From: Candidatus Poribacteria bacterium
GTDB taxonomy: Bacteria > Poribacteria > WGA-4E > PCPOR2b
Assembly: GCA_965198175.1 (NCBI GenBank)
Contig: OZ240245.1
Location: forward strand, 2,208,001 to 2,272,000
Direction of reading: 5' to 3'
DNA: 64,000 nt
The position numbers and the translations under genes are program-made. This document shows, piece by piece, positions 9,528 through 20,495 of this stretch (the stretch's first letter is position 1; every line of letters begins with the position of its first letter). Below the pieces are notes generated by a model. It did not search any database. It was not told the origin of the DNA and saw only the letters and a list, made by a program, of their open reading frames with translations.

Positions 9528-10781
9528 ATGAACGCTTATTGCACTTGCTTAAATCCCTTCTTAAAAATTACTAGTTATTTAACAATCATGTTGTGGCTGT
9601 TGATAGTGCCCGGGCTAGATGGTATCGCCGCATCAAAGCGAGTCGCCGTCTTGTACTTTGAAGATCACAGTCGTTTCGATTCTGCGACCGGCTGCGGTTG
9701 CATCCCAAATCCGTTTGGGCTTTTCGGCACCGGAAAGGGGCGAACAAAGTGGAATCTCAAGGAGGGATTCCCAGAGCTGTTGAACCGAAAACTTAAACAG
9801 ACACAGGTCTACGAACCTATTTCCGATGAGGAAGTTAAAGATGCCATGGCGCAGCTGGGATTATCATTAAAAGCCGTTCGATCCAACGCTGAGAAGCGGG
9901 AACAGTTGGCTAAAGCGCTGAACGTGGAAGCGTTCATTGTGGGTAACATCCGGAAGTTCAACCAAGAGAGAGCCAAGGCAACGCGTTTTCAGACACTCAA
10001 GGGGAGAGGAGGCGGGTTTAATATGGCGGCAGGGTTCGTCGGCGGCGCACAGCTTATAGGATATTATTATAGTGCTACCGTTCACCTGAAAATGAAATTC
10101 TACGGCAGTTCCGGGGATGAAATTGCAAAGCGCAAAATTGCTGCGACCAAAAGGCACCAGCTTGGTGGAGCCAAGTTCGCCGCCTTAGAAGCTGTGGTAA
10201 GCGAACAGGGAACTGAGCTCCAACTTGGACAGATGCCGAATCGCCAAAAAAAACCTCGCCCAATCGTTAGTTATGCGAAGCTAAATCAGATAAAGTTTGC
10301 TAGCCCAGAATACGATCTAACCTTATTCGGTCTTGCTACTGACGACGCCTTAACGAAGGTGGTATTGGCATTGCGCGATACCATTGGTCCTGAATTCATC
10401 ATGCCGGGAACCACAGTTTCGCAGAAAGGTGAGGGAACATCAAGTCCATCTTCGGGCGAATCCCCCCGTCGCCTTAGAGCAAAGGTTCTTTACGTTAATC
10501 CAGACGATCCAGCAGATGCGTATATTAACGTCGGTTCTTCCAAGGGAATTCTGGTAAGGCAGCAGCTGGCAGTCTATACTGACGGTGAGCCGCTAATCGA
10601 TCCAGACACAGAAGAAGTGCTTGGTAATGTCCCCAAAATGATTGGTAAAGTCGAAGTTGTTGAAGTCAAAACCGATCGGCTTTCCCGAGTCCGCGTCATC
10701 GAAGGTTTGGGTGTAATCAAGAAAGGAGATAAGGTCGAAGAAACAGAGCCCCCACTATCGGGTACCCAGGTGCAGAATTAG
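9528..10781 (+). CDS. Secreted CsgG/HfaB-like protein with FlgT-like C-terminal domain
   Basis: SD aaggagg; KRVAVLYFED N-terminal motif; C-terminal YINVGSSKGI...LIDPDTEEVLG...IGKVEVVEV...IKKGDKV. Confidence 0.7.
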   Translation: MNAYCTCLNPFLKITSYLTIMLWLLIVPGLDGIAASKRVAVLYFEDHSRFDSATGCGCIPNPFGLFGTGKGRTKWNLKEGFPELLNRKLKQTQVYEPISDEEVKDAMAQLGLSLKAVRSNAEKREQLAKALNVEAFIVGNIRKFNQERAKATRFQTLKGRGGGFNMAAGFVGGAQLIGYYYSATVHLKMKFYGSSGDEIAKRKIAATKRHQLGGAKFAALEAVVSEQGTELQLGQMPNRQKKPRPIVSYAKLNQIKFASPEYDLTLFGLATDDALTKVVLALRDTIGPEFIMPGTTVSQKGEGTSSPSSGESPRRLRAKVLYVNPDDPADAYINVGSSKGILVRQQLAVYTDGEPLIDPDTEEVLGNVPKMIGKVEVVEVKTDRLSRVRVIEGLGVIKKGDKVEETEPPLSGTQVQN

Positions 10782-10816
10782 GTCTGGTATTCGCGGCGAA
10801 GCTAGCGGAGGAAAAG

Positions 10817-11848
10817 ATGATTTGCAAAATAAGAATCATTCTTGTTGCTGTTTATTTCCTTACAGCTATAATTAGTTATGGTAGCGAAAGTAATCAACAG
10901 CAGACAAATGGAAAAAGCATTAAAATTGGACTGTCAATGGACTCGTTGCGAGTTGAACGTTGGCGGAAAGATCGAGACATCTTCAAAAAGCGTGCAGAGG
11001 AATTAGGCGCAGAGGTGATTGTGCAGCACGCCGACGGGGACGCCCGAAGGCAAAATGAGCAAGCGGAGAACATGATTACACAGGGCGTTGATGTGTTGGT
11101 TGTGATCCCGAAAGATGGAGTTGCCGCGGCACAGATTGTTGAAGCCGCTCACAAGGAAGGAATCAAGGTCTTAGCTTATGATCGTTTGATTATGAAAAGT
11201 GATGTAGATCTTTATATCTCCTTTGACAACGAGCAGGTCGGTTATTTACAGGCGGAGTACATTGCACGTAGAATTCCTAAGGGAAACTACTTTTTGCTGG
11301 GGGGCGCCCCTACAGACAACAACGCACATCTTCTACGAAAGGGGCAGATGCGGGCACTACAACCACTAATCGATTCCAAAGACATCAATATAGTTGCAAC
11401 GCAATGGGCAATTGATTGGGACGCCCGAGATGCACTGAAAAAAACAGAGCAGGTTTTGACACGTTATAATAACCGCATTGATGCAGTTGTTGCTTCTAAC
11501 GACGGTACTGCAGGTGGGGTTATCCAAGCGCTTGATGCGCAAAAGCTAGCGGGTAAAGTGCTTGTTTCTGGGCAAGATGCAGAGAAAGCTGCGTGCCAGC
11601 GCATTCTTGAAGGGACACAAGCGATGACCGTTTACAAACCGATACACCTAATCGCTACAGCAGCCGCAGAAGCGGCAGTCGCACTTGCGAAAGGCGATGT
11701 GATTCCGCAGGCAACACAGACGGTGAATAATGAAAAAACGGCTGTTCCTTCTATTCTCTTAATCCCGATCCAAGTGGATAAAGATAATCTTGATGTGGTC
11801 ATCGAAGATGGGTTTCACAAACGAGAAGAAATCTACAAGACGAAGTAG
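10817..11848 (+). CDS. xylF: D-xylose ABC transporter substrate-binding protein
   Basis: KIGLSMDSLRVERWRKDRDIF, LAYDRLI, YISFDNEQVG, GGAPTDNNA, VSGQDA, TVYKPI. Confidence 0.88.
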   Translation: MICKIRIILVAVYFLTAIISYGSESNQQQTNGKSIKIGLSMDSLRVERWRKDRDIFKKRAEELGAEVIVQHADGDARRQNEQAENMITQGVDVLVVIPKDGVAAAQIVEAAHKEGIKVLAYDRLIMKSDVDLYISFDNEQVGYLQAEYIARRIPKGNYFLLGGAPTDNNAHLLRKGQMRALQPLIDSKDINIVATQWAIDWDARDALKKTEQVLTRYNNRIDAVVASNDGTAGGVIQALDAQKLAGKVLVSGQDAEKAACQRILEGTQAMTVYKPIHLIATAAAEAAVALAKGDVIPQATQTVNNEKTAVPSILLIPIQVDKDNLDVVIEDGFHKREEIYKTK

Positions 11849-12294
11849 AGCCGTTCGAAACGCCGCTACTTCCAATGAAACCACAGGAGGAGTGGTCGAT
11901 ATTACATAGTTTGAATACCGCTGAATTGACAGCATCTTGCCTATTGAATGCTTTAGCACGCTGTAATTGGCGCGACGACTGGATTTTTTTGCAAGTAATT
12001 TATAGGGACGCTTAGCTACGTTTCTCGGATCTCTAGGACACAGAAAGCTGATTAACGTACAAAGCATTGGCCATATCCGAATTGAAACTGTCCGACGTAA
12101 AGACAGGCAGCTTCACAAACATGTCCTCTACCGTACCTAGAACCATGCTGATGCTTAAAACGGTGACCGATGCAAGTTCGTTGTCATGAAATTTGAGAAC
12201 CGTGAGGATATTTGCGCCGTTTGGGCAACCCCATTGACCGACGCAATGATGTCGTGATTCGCATTGAAATCCCGCAATTCTAAAAGGATTTAGC

Positions 12295-12759
12295 ATGGAT
12301 TATGATCCTTATTTCATACACATTAGCCTTTCGTCGCTCACTATATGGATATTTACCAAGCGCTCCGCGCTACGCTGGGGCAGTGGAATAGGTTGGTTTG
12401 CAGGTCTAGCATCTAGGGTGGATATCTTTATCGCATACTACCTCATTGTGTCTGCGGTGGGTGCAAGTGTCCTCTTGGTAATCCGTTGGGTTATCGCCAA
12501 AAAGAGCTACACGAGTATTAGGCTCATTTGGAACGAAGGACTCAAGCGAGTGCTATTACTCTTGTCCATTGTTGCTGGATTCATTTCTGCATTTTATATG
12601 TCAGCCGAAAATTCTAAATATTCATTTTCACTCTTTCTCACAGGTGCCCTGTTTACGCCTCTATCAATATACGCTGGCGTGTATTGCGCAGGAGTAGTAA
12701 TTATTCACTTAACTCGCTGGATTGCAGCTGGTTTCAAATCCAGCAACTCCAACAATTAA
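12295..12759 (+). CDS. Hypothetical membrane protein
   Basis: 154-aa ORF with several hydrophobic segments; lower GC. Confidence 0.55.
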   Translation: MDYDPYFIHISLSSLTIWIFTKRSALRWGSGIGWFAGLASRVDIFIAYYLIVSAVGASVLLVIRWVIAKKSYTSIRLIWNEGLKRVLLLLSIVAGFISAFYMSAENSKYSFSLFLTGALFTPLSIYAGVYCAGVVIIHLTRWIAAGFKSSNSNN

Positions 12760-13653
12760 CCACTACTCTGGGGGAGGTTAACTTACCACCCCCTTTGTGG
12801 CAGGAGAGATGGAGATTTGTTTGAATGTACCACACAAGGTAGTGGGGTAAGGTGTAACTTCAATTGAATTGCCCGTTAATCTCAATTTGGTGGCGCGCCA
12901 TCTCTCGCCGCCACCATTATGGTGGAGGGGGTAGAAGTTGGTACTACTACAATGCGCGGCTTCTATCTAGCCCACTACCGCCGCCACCAATCAAACAAAG
13001 GAAAATTATAAATGTAAACTGAGTTCAAGCTGAACCTCCTAAAACACGACAATGGATGTCGTATAGATATTCACTATTTCGATTCTGATTACGATGATGT
13101 TGTGAATGACTTTATTCAAACCGAGAAAGCATCCCCTATAGTACAAACGGTGGGAGTTAGTGCAGTGCAAGGAGTAACTTGGCGTTTGTATTGTGTCTCA
13201 GCAGCCTGATGAAATAGACCGCCCCCACATCGTACTATGTCGTACGGGCCTGCTGCTCACGGTTTCATTAAAGTGTCCAACCAATGACAAGTTTCAGCTA
13301 ATGCCTTTCAAGCATCACATGTCTACGAAATGTCTCCACGCGATATGAGTTTATCAAGCGATTTCACGCCGGCGAATTTGGCGATCTGCTTGATTGGTGC
13401 GGTCAATTTAGTCTGATAGCTCGACTCCGGCTGCTTGAAATACACCTCAAAAACTGCACGAACAAAAATCCTTCCCACGACCGATTCTCAGCGCCGAGGT
13501 AGTGTTAAATCGTCAGATTTGTGTATCATGCCTGTGTCTCTACGCAAGAAAGGGACGGTTGGAATTCCATTAATGTAACAGGCTTTTCAGTTAGAACTGA
13601 TATACACGCTGCCACTTCGGCGGATTATACAATTGACACAAGAGATGTAATTT

Positions 13654-15342
13654 ATGATATTTGAACGCATAGACAGACAACCTGTACCGCGGACAATATT
13701 TCTCATTTGTATTCTGAACCTCTCCATGTGCATACAAGAGCCACCTCCTGCGGATGCGCTTCCTGAGTTTGTCGAGATAACTAAGACGGCAGGAATTGAC
13801 TTTGTCCACAATACAGGCGCCTTTGGGAAAAAGTACCTTCCGGAAACGATGGGTTCCGGTTGCGCATTCATTGACTATAACAACGATGGTTGGAGCGATA
13901 TTGTGTTGCTGACCTGCAAAGATTGGACAGGATACCCGACCGGAAAGCGTCAATCAATGGCGCTCTATCGAAACAATCACGACGGGACTTTTGCGGATGT
14001 CACAAAGAGCGCTGGGTTAGCCGTTGAGTTGTACGGAATAGGCGTCGCGGCTGCTGACTACGATAACGATGGCGATGACGATCTCTATGTCAGTTGTCTT
14101 GAGGCGGATCGGTTGTTCCAAAATCAGGGCGATGCAACCTTTGTTGATGTAACGAAGCAGGCGGGCATTCATAATCCTAGCTTCGGAACCAGTTGTGCAT
14201 GGTTCGACTATGACAAGGACGGCAATCTAGACTTGTACGTTGCTAATTATGTGGAATGGACCATCGAAACCGATATTTTCTGCACGTTAGATGGCACAAA
14301 CAAAGCATACTGTACGCCCGAATCTTATCATGGGCAGTCGAGCCGGTTATTTAGAAACCGTGGCGATGGCACCTTCGTTGATGTTTCACGGATTTCTCGG
14401 ATTGAAGATCGGACCAGCAAATCACTAGGGGTCTGCATCTTCGATTACAATTCTGATGGATTGCCCGATATTTTCGAGGCGAATGATACACAACCCAATA
14501 AACTCTATCACAACAATGGCGACGGAACTTTTATCGAAACAGGACTCAACGTGGGCATCGCCTATAGCGAGAATGGGGTTGCAACCGGCGCAATGGGAAT
14601 TGATGCTGGAGACTATGATGGAAGCGGCAGAGAAAGTCTGGTGATTGGCAATTTTTCTAATGAGATGATGAATCTCTACCATAATGAGGGGGAGATTTTT
14701 ATTGATGACGCGCCCATTGCCAACATCGGAAATGCGAGCCTATTGACACTCACATTTGGGTGTTTCTTTTTTGATTTTGACCTTGATGGAAGGCTTGACA
14801 TTTTTGCCGCGAACGGACACGTTGAAAATGAAATCAACGCCGTACAGAGTGAGGTTACTTACGCACAGGTTCCTCACCTGTTTCGCAACACCGGTGACGG
14901 AAAGTTCCAGGACGTCGCGCTGAAGATCGGCACTGACCTTGCAAACCCGATTGTCGGACGTGGTGCAGCGTACGGAGACATCGACAACGATGGCGATTGG
15001 GATATCCTGGTCACGACTTCTAATGGGCTTGCCCATTTATATCGCAACGACGGAGGAAATCAGAATCACTGGATAAAACTGAAATTGATTGGATCCAAAA
15101 GCAATCGAAACGGTATCGGTGCAAGGGTTACGATAACGTCGAAATCTGGCACGCAGACGCGAACATTGAAAAGCGGTTGCAGTTATTGTTCACAGAGCGA
15201 GCTGTCGCTAATCTTTGGAATTGGACAAACTCCCCGAATTGACATGATTGAGGTGAATTGGCCCAGCGGGGTTGTCGATCGACTCGTTAACATAAATGCG
15301 AATCAACTTCTTGTTGTTGAAGAAGGGAAGACCAATGAGTGA
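13654..15342 (+). CDS. CRTAC1-family FG-GAP repeat protein with ASPIC/UnbV domain (second paralog)
   Basis: KKYLPETMGSG, repeated DYDNDG motifs, GRGAAYGDIDNDGDWD, SNRNGIGARV...WPSG. Confidence 0.92.
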   Translation: MIFERIDRQPVPRTIFLICILNLSMCIQEPPPADALPEFVEITKTAGIDFVHNTGAFGKKYLPETMGSGCAFIDYNNDGWSDIVLLTCKDWTGYPTGKRQSMALYRNNHDGTFADVTKSAGLAVELYGIGVAAADYDNDGDDDLYVSCLEADRLFQNQGDATFVDVTKQAGIHNPSFGTSCAWFDYDKDGNLDLYVANYVEWTIETDIFCTLDGTNKAYCTPESYHGQSSRLFRNRGDGTFVDVSRISRIEDRTSKSLGVCIFDYNSDGLPDIFEANDTQPNKLYHNNGDGTFIETGLNVGIAYSENGVATGAMGIDAGDYDGSGRESLVIGNFSNEMMNLYHNEGEIFIDDAPIANIGNASLLTLTFGCFFFDFDLDGRLDIFAANGHVENEINAVQSEVTYAQVPHLFRNTGDGKFQDVALKIGTDLANPIVGRGAAYGDIDNDGDWDILVTTSNGLAHLYRNDGGNQNHWIKLKLIGSKSNRNGIGARVTITSKSGTQTRTLKSGCSYCSQSELSLIFGIGQTPRIDMIEVNWPSGVVDRLVNINANQLLVVEEGKTNE

Positions 15343-15691
15343 TATCCAGAAGCATTTGCCTCCGATGCACCACCTCGCCTGCTTTGATAGCGCAAGCGTA
15401 TCACTCCACACCTAGCTTTGATCGCTTCTCAACCTTGTGGAGGGATTTCTGCGTTCATCCCTTTCGACGATCAAATCCTATCCGTACAGACTCTTTCGGT
15501 AGTGCAGGGCATATCAGCGCACCTTGTCTCGGACTTGGATTCCTAATCCAGTGCCCAGCCTTCGATTTTTCCCCTTGGCGCCTTATTTCTACGAGAGAAT
15601 AAGTTCCTAAACCTCACCCCACCTGCTGCGTCTAAACAGAGCAATCCGGACCTAGGTAAGCACTGAGAACGGGGTAGAAAGGACGCAACAA

Positions 15692-17446
15692 ATGCTAAAT
15701 GCACCAGCTAAATCATTGGCTCAGGCGATGCTCGATTCAAACCTCATTTCCGAAGACGTGCATCGACAGGTTATCGAAGAGATGGAAAAAACGGGTGTTT
15801 CGATTGATGAATCGCTGAAAAAGCGCGTCGGTGAAAGCGCGCTTGGGCTTGCCAGGAAAAGCATTGAGTACGGCGTCCCGTGCGTTTTGTTGGAGAGGAC
15901 TATCCCAGAATCTGAGGCAACAGCGAAGGTTCCTGCAGGCTTTGCTTATAAGAACAAGATTTTCCCGATACGTCTCGAAGACAAAACGCTTACCTTGGCA
16001 ATGGCGGATGCGCTAGATGTAATCTTGATTGATGAAATTCGGTTGGTAACAGGGTGTGAGATTAATCCGCTGCTTGCGGACGAAGAAGACATCGAAGCCG
16101 CAATCATCCGCTTTTATGGCAAGACAGCAGCCCAAATCCTTAGTGAAAGCATTAAAGGCCCTGTCGGGGCTGTTGCAACACTTGAACGGGAGACGATTGA
16201 AGATTTTGGAATCGATGAGAAGGACCTGATCCAGGATCCGACTGTGATACATGCCGTGGATCAGATGATTATTGATGCTGCGCGCTTAGGTGCCAGTGAT
16301 ATTCACATTGAGCCGTTTCCGGGTGAATTGAAGATTCGTTTCCGAATTGACGGCGTTTTGGAAGAACAGCCGCAGCCGCCATCGCATTTGCAATCTGCAA
16401 TCACATCCCGCGTCAAAATTATGTCGGGAATGAATGTGGCTGAACGGCGACGTCCTCAAGATGGAAAAATAAGCAGGGAAATCCGCAGCGTGGGAAACCG
16501 CCAGATAGATCTTCGTGTATCGACGGTTCCAACGGTCGCAACGCTCCATGGTGAAAGTGTCGTTCTCCGAATTCTCGACAAGCAATCCATCTCGTATGGC
16601 TTAGAGGAACTAGGCTTAATGGAAATCAGTCTGGCGCAGTTTGAGCGAATGATCCGTAGACCACACGGCATCATCTTGGCAACAGGACCAACGGGGAGTG
16701 GGAAAACAACAACACTGTATGCTTGTTTGAAAGAGATTAATACACCAGAAGTCAAGATTATCACGATTGAAGAACCGGTAGAGTATGAGTTGGAGGGGAT
16801 TAATCAGATTCAGGTCAATCCGGATATCGGTGTCACGTTTGCGGCTGGGTTGAGGCATATTCTACGCCAGGATCCGGACAAGGTGCTCGTGGGTGAAATT
16901 CGAGATCATGAAACAGCAGAGATGGCAATTCACACATCGTTGACCGGGCACCTTGTGTTCAGCACACTGCATACGAATAACGCAGCAGGGGCGATTACGC
17001 GCCTTATCGACATGGGTGTGGACGCTTATCTAGTGGCTTCAACATTGGAAGGAATTATCGCCCAGCGACTTGCACGGCGAGTCTGTCGAAATTGTCGTGA
17101 CATGTACCATCCGGATCCGCAGTATATCCGGGAGTTTTTCGGTGGTCAAGCGGGGACCATCGACTCAAATCTGGTCATTCCTCGCGCTGTAGGCTGTACA
17201 GAATGCCGGCGGAGGGGATATAAAGGGCGAATCGGTATTTTTGAAGTCATCTTGATGGGTGAAGAACTTAAGGAAATGGCACTGCATCGTGCCTCGACAA
17301 ACCAACTCAGACGTGCAGCAATGCGGTTAGGCATGAAGACTCTACGCGAAGATGGCTGGAGAAAGGTTGTTGCTGGTTACACAACAGTCGATGAAATAGT
17401 GCGTCTTACTCAAGAAGATGATTTTGACACTCGGGAAGAGGTCTAG
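15692..17446 (+). CDS. gspE: Type II secretion/type IV pilus assembly ATPase GspE/PilB
   Basis: ASDIHIEP, Walker A GPTGSGKTTT, LRQDPD, TGHLVFSTLHTN, CxxC...CxxC zinc motif. Confidence 0.95.
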   Translation: MLNAPAKSLAQAMLDSNLISEDVHRQVIEEMEKTGVSIDESLKKRVGESALGLARKSIEYGVPCVLLERTIPESEATAKVPAGFAYKNKIFPIRLEDKTLTLAMADALDVILIDEIRLVTGCEINPLLADEEDIEAAIIRFYGKTAAQILSESIKGPVGAVATLERETIEDFGIDEKDLIQDPTVIHAVDQMIIDAARLGASDIHIEPFPGELKIRFRIDGVLEEQPQPPSHLQSAITSRVKIMSGMNVAERRRPQDGKISREIRSVGNRQIDLRVSTVPTVATLHGESVVLRILDKQSISYGLEELGLMEISLAQFERMIRRPHGIILATGPTGSGKTTTLYACLKEINTPEVKIITIEEPVEYELEGINQIQVNPDIGVTFAAGLRHILRQDPDKVLVGEIRDHETAEMAIHTSLTGHLVFSTLHTNNAAGAITRLIDMGVDAYLVASTLEGIIAQRLARRVCRNCRDMYHPDPQYIREFFGGQAGTIDSNLVIPRAVGCTECRRRGYKGRIGIFEVILMGEELKEMALHRASTNQLRRAAMRLGMKTLREDGWRKVVAGYTTVDEIVRLTQEDDFDTREEV

Positions 17447-17482
17447 TGAAATGTCTCGTGTCATGCAGAAAGAGAGTTGCTG

Positions 17483-18709
17483 ATGCCAAGATTTCGCTAC
17501 GAAGCACTCACAAGCACAGGTAATGTCGTAAGTAATACACAAGAAGCGAACTCTAAAGCCGAACTTGTGTCTAACTTAAAAACAAAGGGGTATTGGGCAA
17601 CGAGCATCATTGAAGAAAACGCTTCAGAAATAGAGGAGAAACGACTTCAAATCTCACTATTTCGCGGACGGATTAAAGCAGCGGAAGTTGAGTTTTTTAC
17701 TTTTCAATTGGCAACGCTTATCAATGCACACGTGACTTTACCGCGCGCGTTGGGAATTGCCCTCGAACAAATCTCGAATCCGGGACTCAGACAAGTTGTT
17801 GAGCAGGTCAAGGTCGATGTCGAGCAAGGGGCGATATTCAACGCAACACTTGCGCAACACCCAAAGGTGTTTTCTAATCTCTATGTCAATATGGTAAAAG
17901 CAGGGGAGGCTGGAGGTGTGCTCGGCGTTGTACTTGAACGGCTATCTGAATTTGCTGAGAGGGCGCGTCTGCTGAAAAACGAAGTCATTTCATCCTTATT
18001 TTATCCTGCGATTCTGTTTGCTTCAAGCATCATTGCTCTTGCTGTTTTGACAATCTTCGTCATCCCCAAACTCACTGTAATGTATGCCGATATGGGTGTT
18101 GATTTGCCTCGCCTGACTCAGTTTCTTATTACTGCCACGAATTTTGTTAGCGTGTATGGGTGGATCCTTCTGGTAGGGTGTGTTGCTATTGCTTTGGGGA
18201 TAAGGCAATTCGTGCGCACGGAAAGTGGCCGCCTCACGTTTGATCGCCTGAAACTCAAGCTCCCTCTCGTGGGAAGTGTGTATAGTAATGTTGCCCTTGT
18301 GCGTTTTACGCGCACGATGGCAACGTTGCTCGAAAATGGGGTTGTGCTGCTGTCGGCGCTTCGAGTTGTCAAGGATTCAATTGGAAATCTAGTCTATAGC
18401 AATGCGGTCACAGAATCAGAAAAAGGAATTGAGCGGGGTTCCACCCTATCGAGAGAGTTGCAGGAAAGTAATGTCTTCCCATCTCTCGTTACTCACATGA
18501 TTACTGTTGGAGAGGAATCTGGCAACCTCGAACAGATGCTTGCAAAACTATCAACATATTACGGTGTGGAAACAAAAAAAGATTTGGAACGACTGACGAG
18601 TTCGATTGGACCTCTAGTGATACTGGTTATGGGAGTAGTGATAGGGATTATCGCAGTTGCGATGATACTTCCGATTTATGGAGCCACCGATTTGGTGGCT
18701 GGACAGTGA
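17483..18709 (+). CDS. gspF: Type II secretion inner membrane platform protein GspF/PilC
   Basis: FRYEAL start, HPKVFSNLYVNMVKAGEAGG, GEESGNL, TM segments. Confidence 0.95.
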   Translation: MPRFRYEALTSTGNVVSNTQEANSKAELVSNLKTKGYWATSIIEENASEIEEKRLQISLFRGRIKAAEVEFFTFQLATLINAHVTLPRALGIALEQISNPGLRQVVEQVKVDVEQGAIFNATLAQHPKVFSNLYVNMVKAGEAGGVLGVVLERLSEFAERARLLKNEVISSLFYPAILFASSIIALAVLTIFVIPKLTVMYADMGVDLPRLTQFLITATNFVSVYGWILLVGCVAIALGIRQFVRTESGRLTFDRLKLKLPLVGSVYSNVALVRFTRTMATLLENGVVLLSALRVVKDSIGNLVYSNAVTESEKGIERGSTLSRELQESNVFPSLVTHMITVGEESGNLEQMLAKLSTYYGVETKKDLERLTSSIGPLVILVMGVVIGIIAVAMILPIYGATDLVAGQ

Positions 18710-18736
18710 AAACCTAGAACTTAGGAGGGACAACCC

Positions 18737-19183
18737 ATGTTGAAACGATTGAAAGCAAATGAATCTGGTGTGACGCTCATCGAACTTTTGATCGTTATCG
18801 TGATTCTTGGGCTATTGGCAGGGGGTATTGCCTTAAATGTGATGCCCCAAAGAGATAAAGCGAAGGTTGCAACCTCTAGACAACGCATTGAGGCGCTGGA
18901 GGTGGCGCTGCAGTTGTATTCCATTGATGTTGGCGACTATCCAACGACGGAACAAGGGTTAGGAGCTCTTTGGAATTCCCCTAATCCAGTGCCTGCGAAT
19001 TGGAATGGACCTTATGTGAGAAAACCAACTTTTGATGATTCGTGGGGAAATGAGTACATATTTCGATACCCTGGCAATCATGAAGGTTACAGTTACGATC
19101 TCTATTCGCTAGGGAAGGATGCTAAAGAGGGGGGTGAAGACTATGACGCCGACATCACAAACTGGATTGAGCAGACGGAGTAG
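18737..19183 (+). CDS. gspG: Major pseudopilin GspG
   Basis: G|VTLIELLIV prepilin site; YPTTEQGL, WNGPY, DSWGNEY, DLYSLGKD. Confidence 0.95.
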   Translation: MLKRLKANESGVTLIELLIVIVILGLLAGGIALNVMPQRDKAKVATSRQRIEALEVALQLYSIDVGDYPTTEQGLGALWNSPNPVPANWNGPYVRKPTFDDSWGNEYIFRYPGNHEGYSYDLYSLGKDAKEGGEDYDADITNWIEQTE

Positions 19184-19847
19184 CCTCTATTATTCTGATG
19201 CAGCCTTTACGCTAATTGAGATTATGATTGTGCTGACGTTGATTGTCGTTTTGTCTTCGCTGACGATGCCAAAATTGCGCGGTTTCACCGCATCAACGCG
19301 TTTAAAATCGTCAGCCCATGCCATTCGAGACATGCTGCGTTTTGCGCGTGACATGTCGATTACAGAACGGACATCATATCTCGTTGTGTTTGATTTTGAT
19401 TGGAACAGCTACTGGCTCGCCTCCAGAGAAACCTTCAATATTGAGAATCCGTCTGCCTCCTCAATTACCAGTGCTTCAAGTACTGTTCTTCAGATTGAAA
19501 ATCAGCAGAGGCTGGAACGGAAAAGTTCTGAAGCGGGTAAACCAATGGTTTCTCGCACAAGTAATATTCTCGGTCACCCGCGGTCTCTGAACCAAAATGT
19601 GACCTTATCCCACATGATGACCAACCACAATTTCCAGTCTAACCGGATAGACTCAGGTATTGATTATATCTACTTTTCCCCAACGGGTTCCTCTGAAGAG
19701 ACAATACTGCATATTCAAGATCGACAGGGCAAATTGATGTCCATTGTGGTCGAGGGGACTACTGGACGTGTCCACGTTGAAGACCTCCGCAGTCAGCAGG
19801 CAGAAGTAATCGGACGTTCTACTACAGAGGGAACCAACATTCGGTAG
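19143..19847 (+). CDS. gspH: Minor pseudopilin GspH/FimT-like
   Basis: A|FTLIEIMIV prepilin motif; FSPTG; TGRV C-terminus; start uncertain. Confidence 0.8.
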   Translation: MTPTSQTGLSRRSSLYYSDAAFTLIEIMIVLTLIVVLSSLTMPKLRGFTASTRLKSSAHAIRDMLRFARDMSITERTSYLVVFDFDWNSYWLASRETFNIENPSASSITSASSTVLQIENQQRLERKSSEAGKPMVSRTSNILGHPRSLNQNVTLSHMMTNHNFQSNRIDSGIDYIYFSPTGSSEETILHIQDRQGKLMSIVVEGTTGRVHVEDLRSQQAEVIGRSTTEGTNIR

Positions 19848-20023
19848 AAATTCGAATGTCTGGTTTCTAATACCTGTTGCCTGACATTTAACGTTTATAG
19901 GTATGTCAATATTGCTGTACTGGGCCTTTTAGCAAGAGATTCTCTACAACGCAATCTCGATGTCTTCCACCACGCCCAAGTGAGCCGCTAAAATAGCCTA
20001 GAAAGACCTTGTAGACATCGTAG

Positions 20024-20464
20024 ATGACTTCTCTGAAGTATTTTGACTCACTTCTTCATAAATCGACAGACGACAACAGCGGTTTTACTTTGATCGAAAT
20101 TGTTGTCACTTTAGCGATTTTATCCATAGGGTTACCAGTGCTCCTCCAATCCTTTTCTAGCGTAGCAAACAATCAAAAACTATCAGAAGATAAGACCACC
20201 GTCCTGTACCTTCTCAAAACTCGCATGGCGGAAATCGAACTACAAGGATATCCGGATATTGGGACAGAAGAGGGGGAATTTGGCGAGAATTCGCCTTACC
20301 GCTGGCGTTCAGAAGTTCACGACGTTGAATCGGATGAGTTTGAGGAAGGGCTTCGTGCTGTAACTGTGACAATCACATGGCTAGAGCGAGGGAAAGCAGA
20401 ATCAACTTCGATGGCCGCCTATATCGCGAATCGACAGATACCACAGCCGCAAAGTGCTCAGTAG
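20024..20464 (+). CDS. gspI: Minor pseudopilin GspI-like
   Basis: G|FTLIEIVVTLAIL; YRWRSEV; LRAVTVTITW. Confidence 0.85.
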   Translation: MTSLKYFDSLLHKSTDDNSGFTLIEIVVTLAILSIGLPVLLQSFSSVANNQKLSEDKTTVLYLLKTRMAEIELQGYPDIGTEEGEFGENSPYRWRSEVHDVESDEFEEGLRAVTVTITWLERGKAESTSMAAYIANRQIPQPQSAQ

Positions 20465-20495
20465 GTAGAATTAAGGCAGTGAATGAGAGGACGGA

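Noticed and set aside
15339..15602. 87-aa ORF between CRTAC1 and gspE
   Set aside because: No recognisable motif and atypical composition; probably spurious
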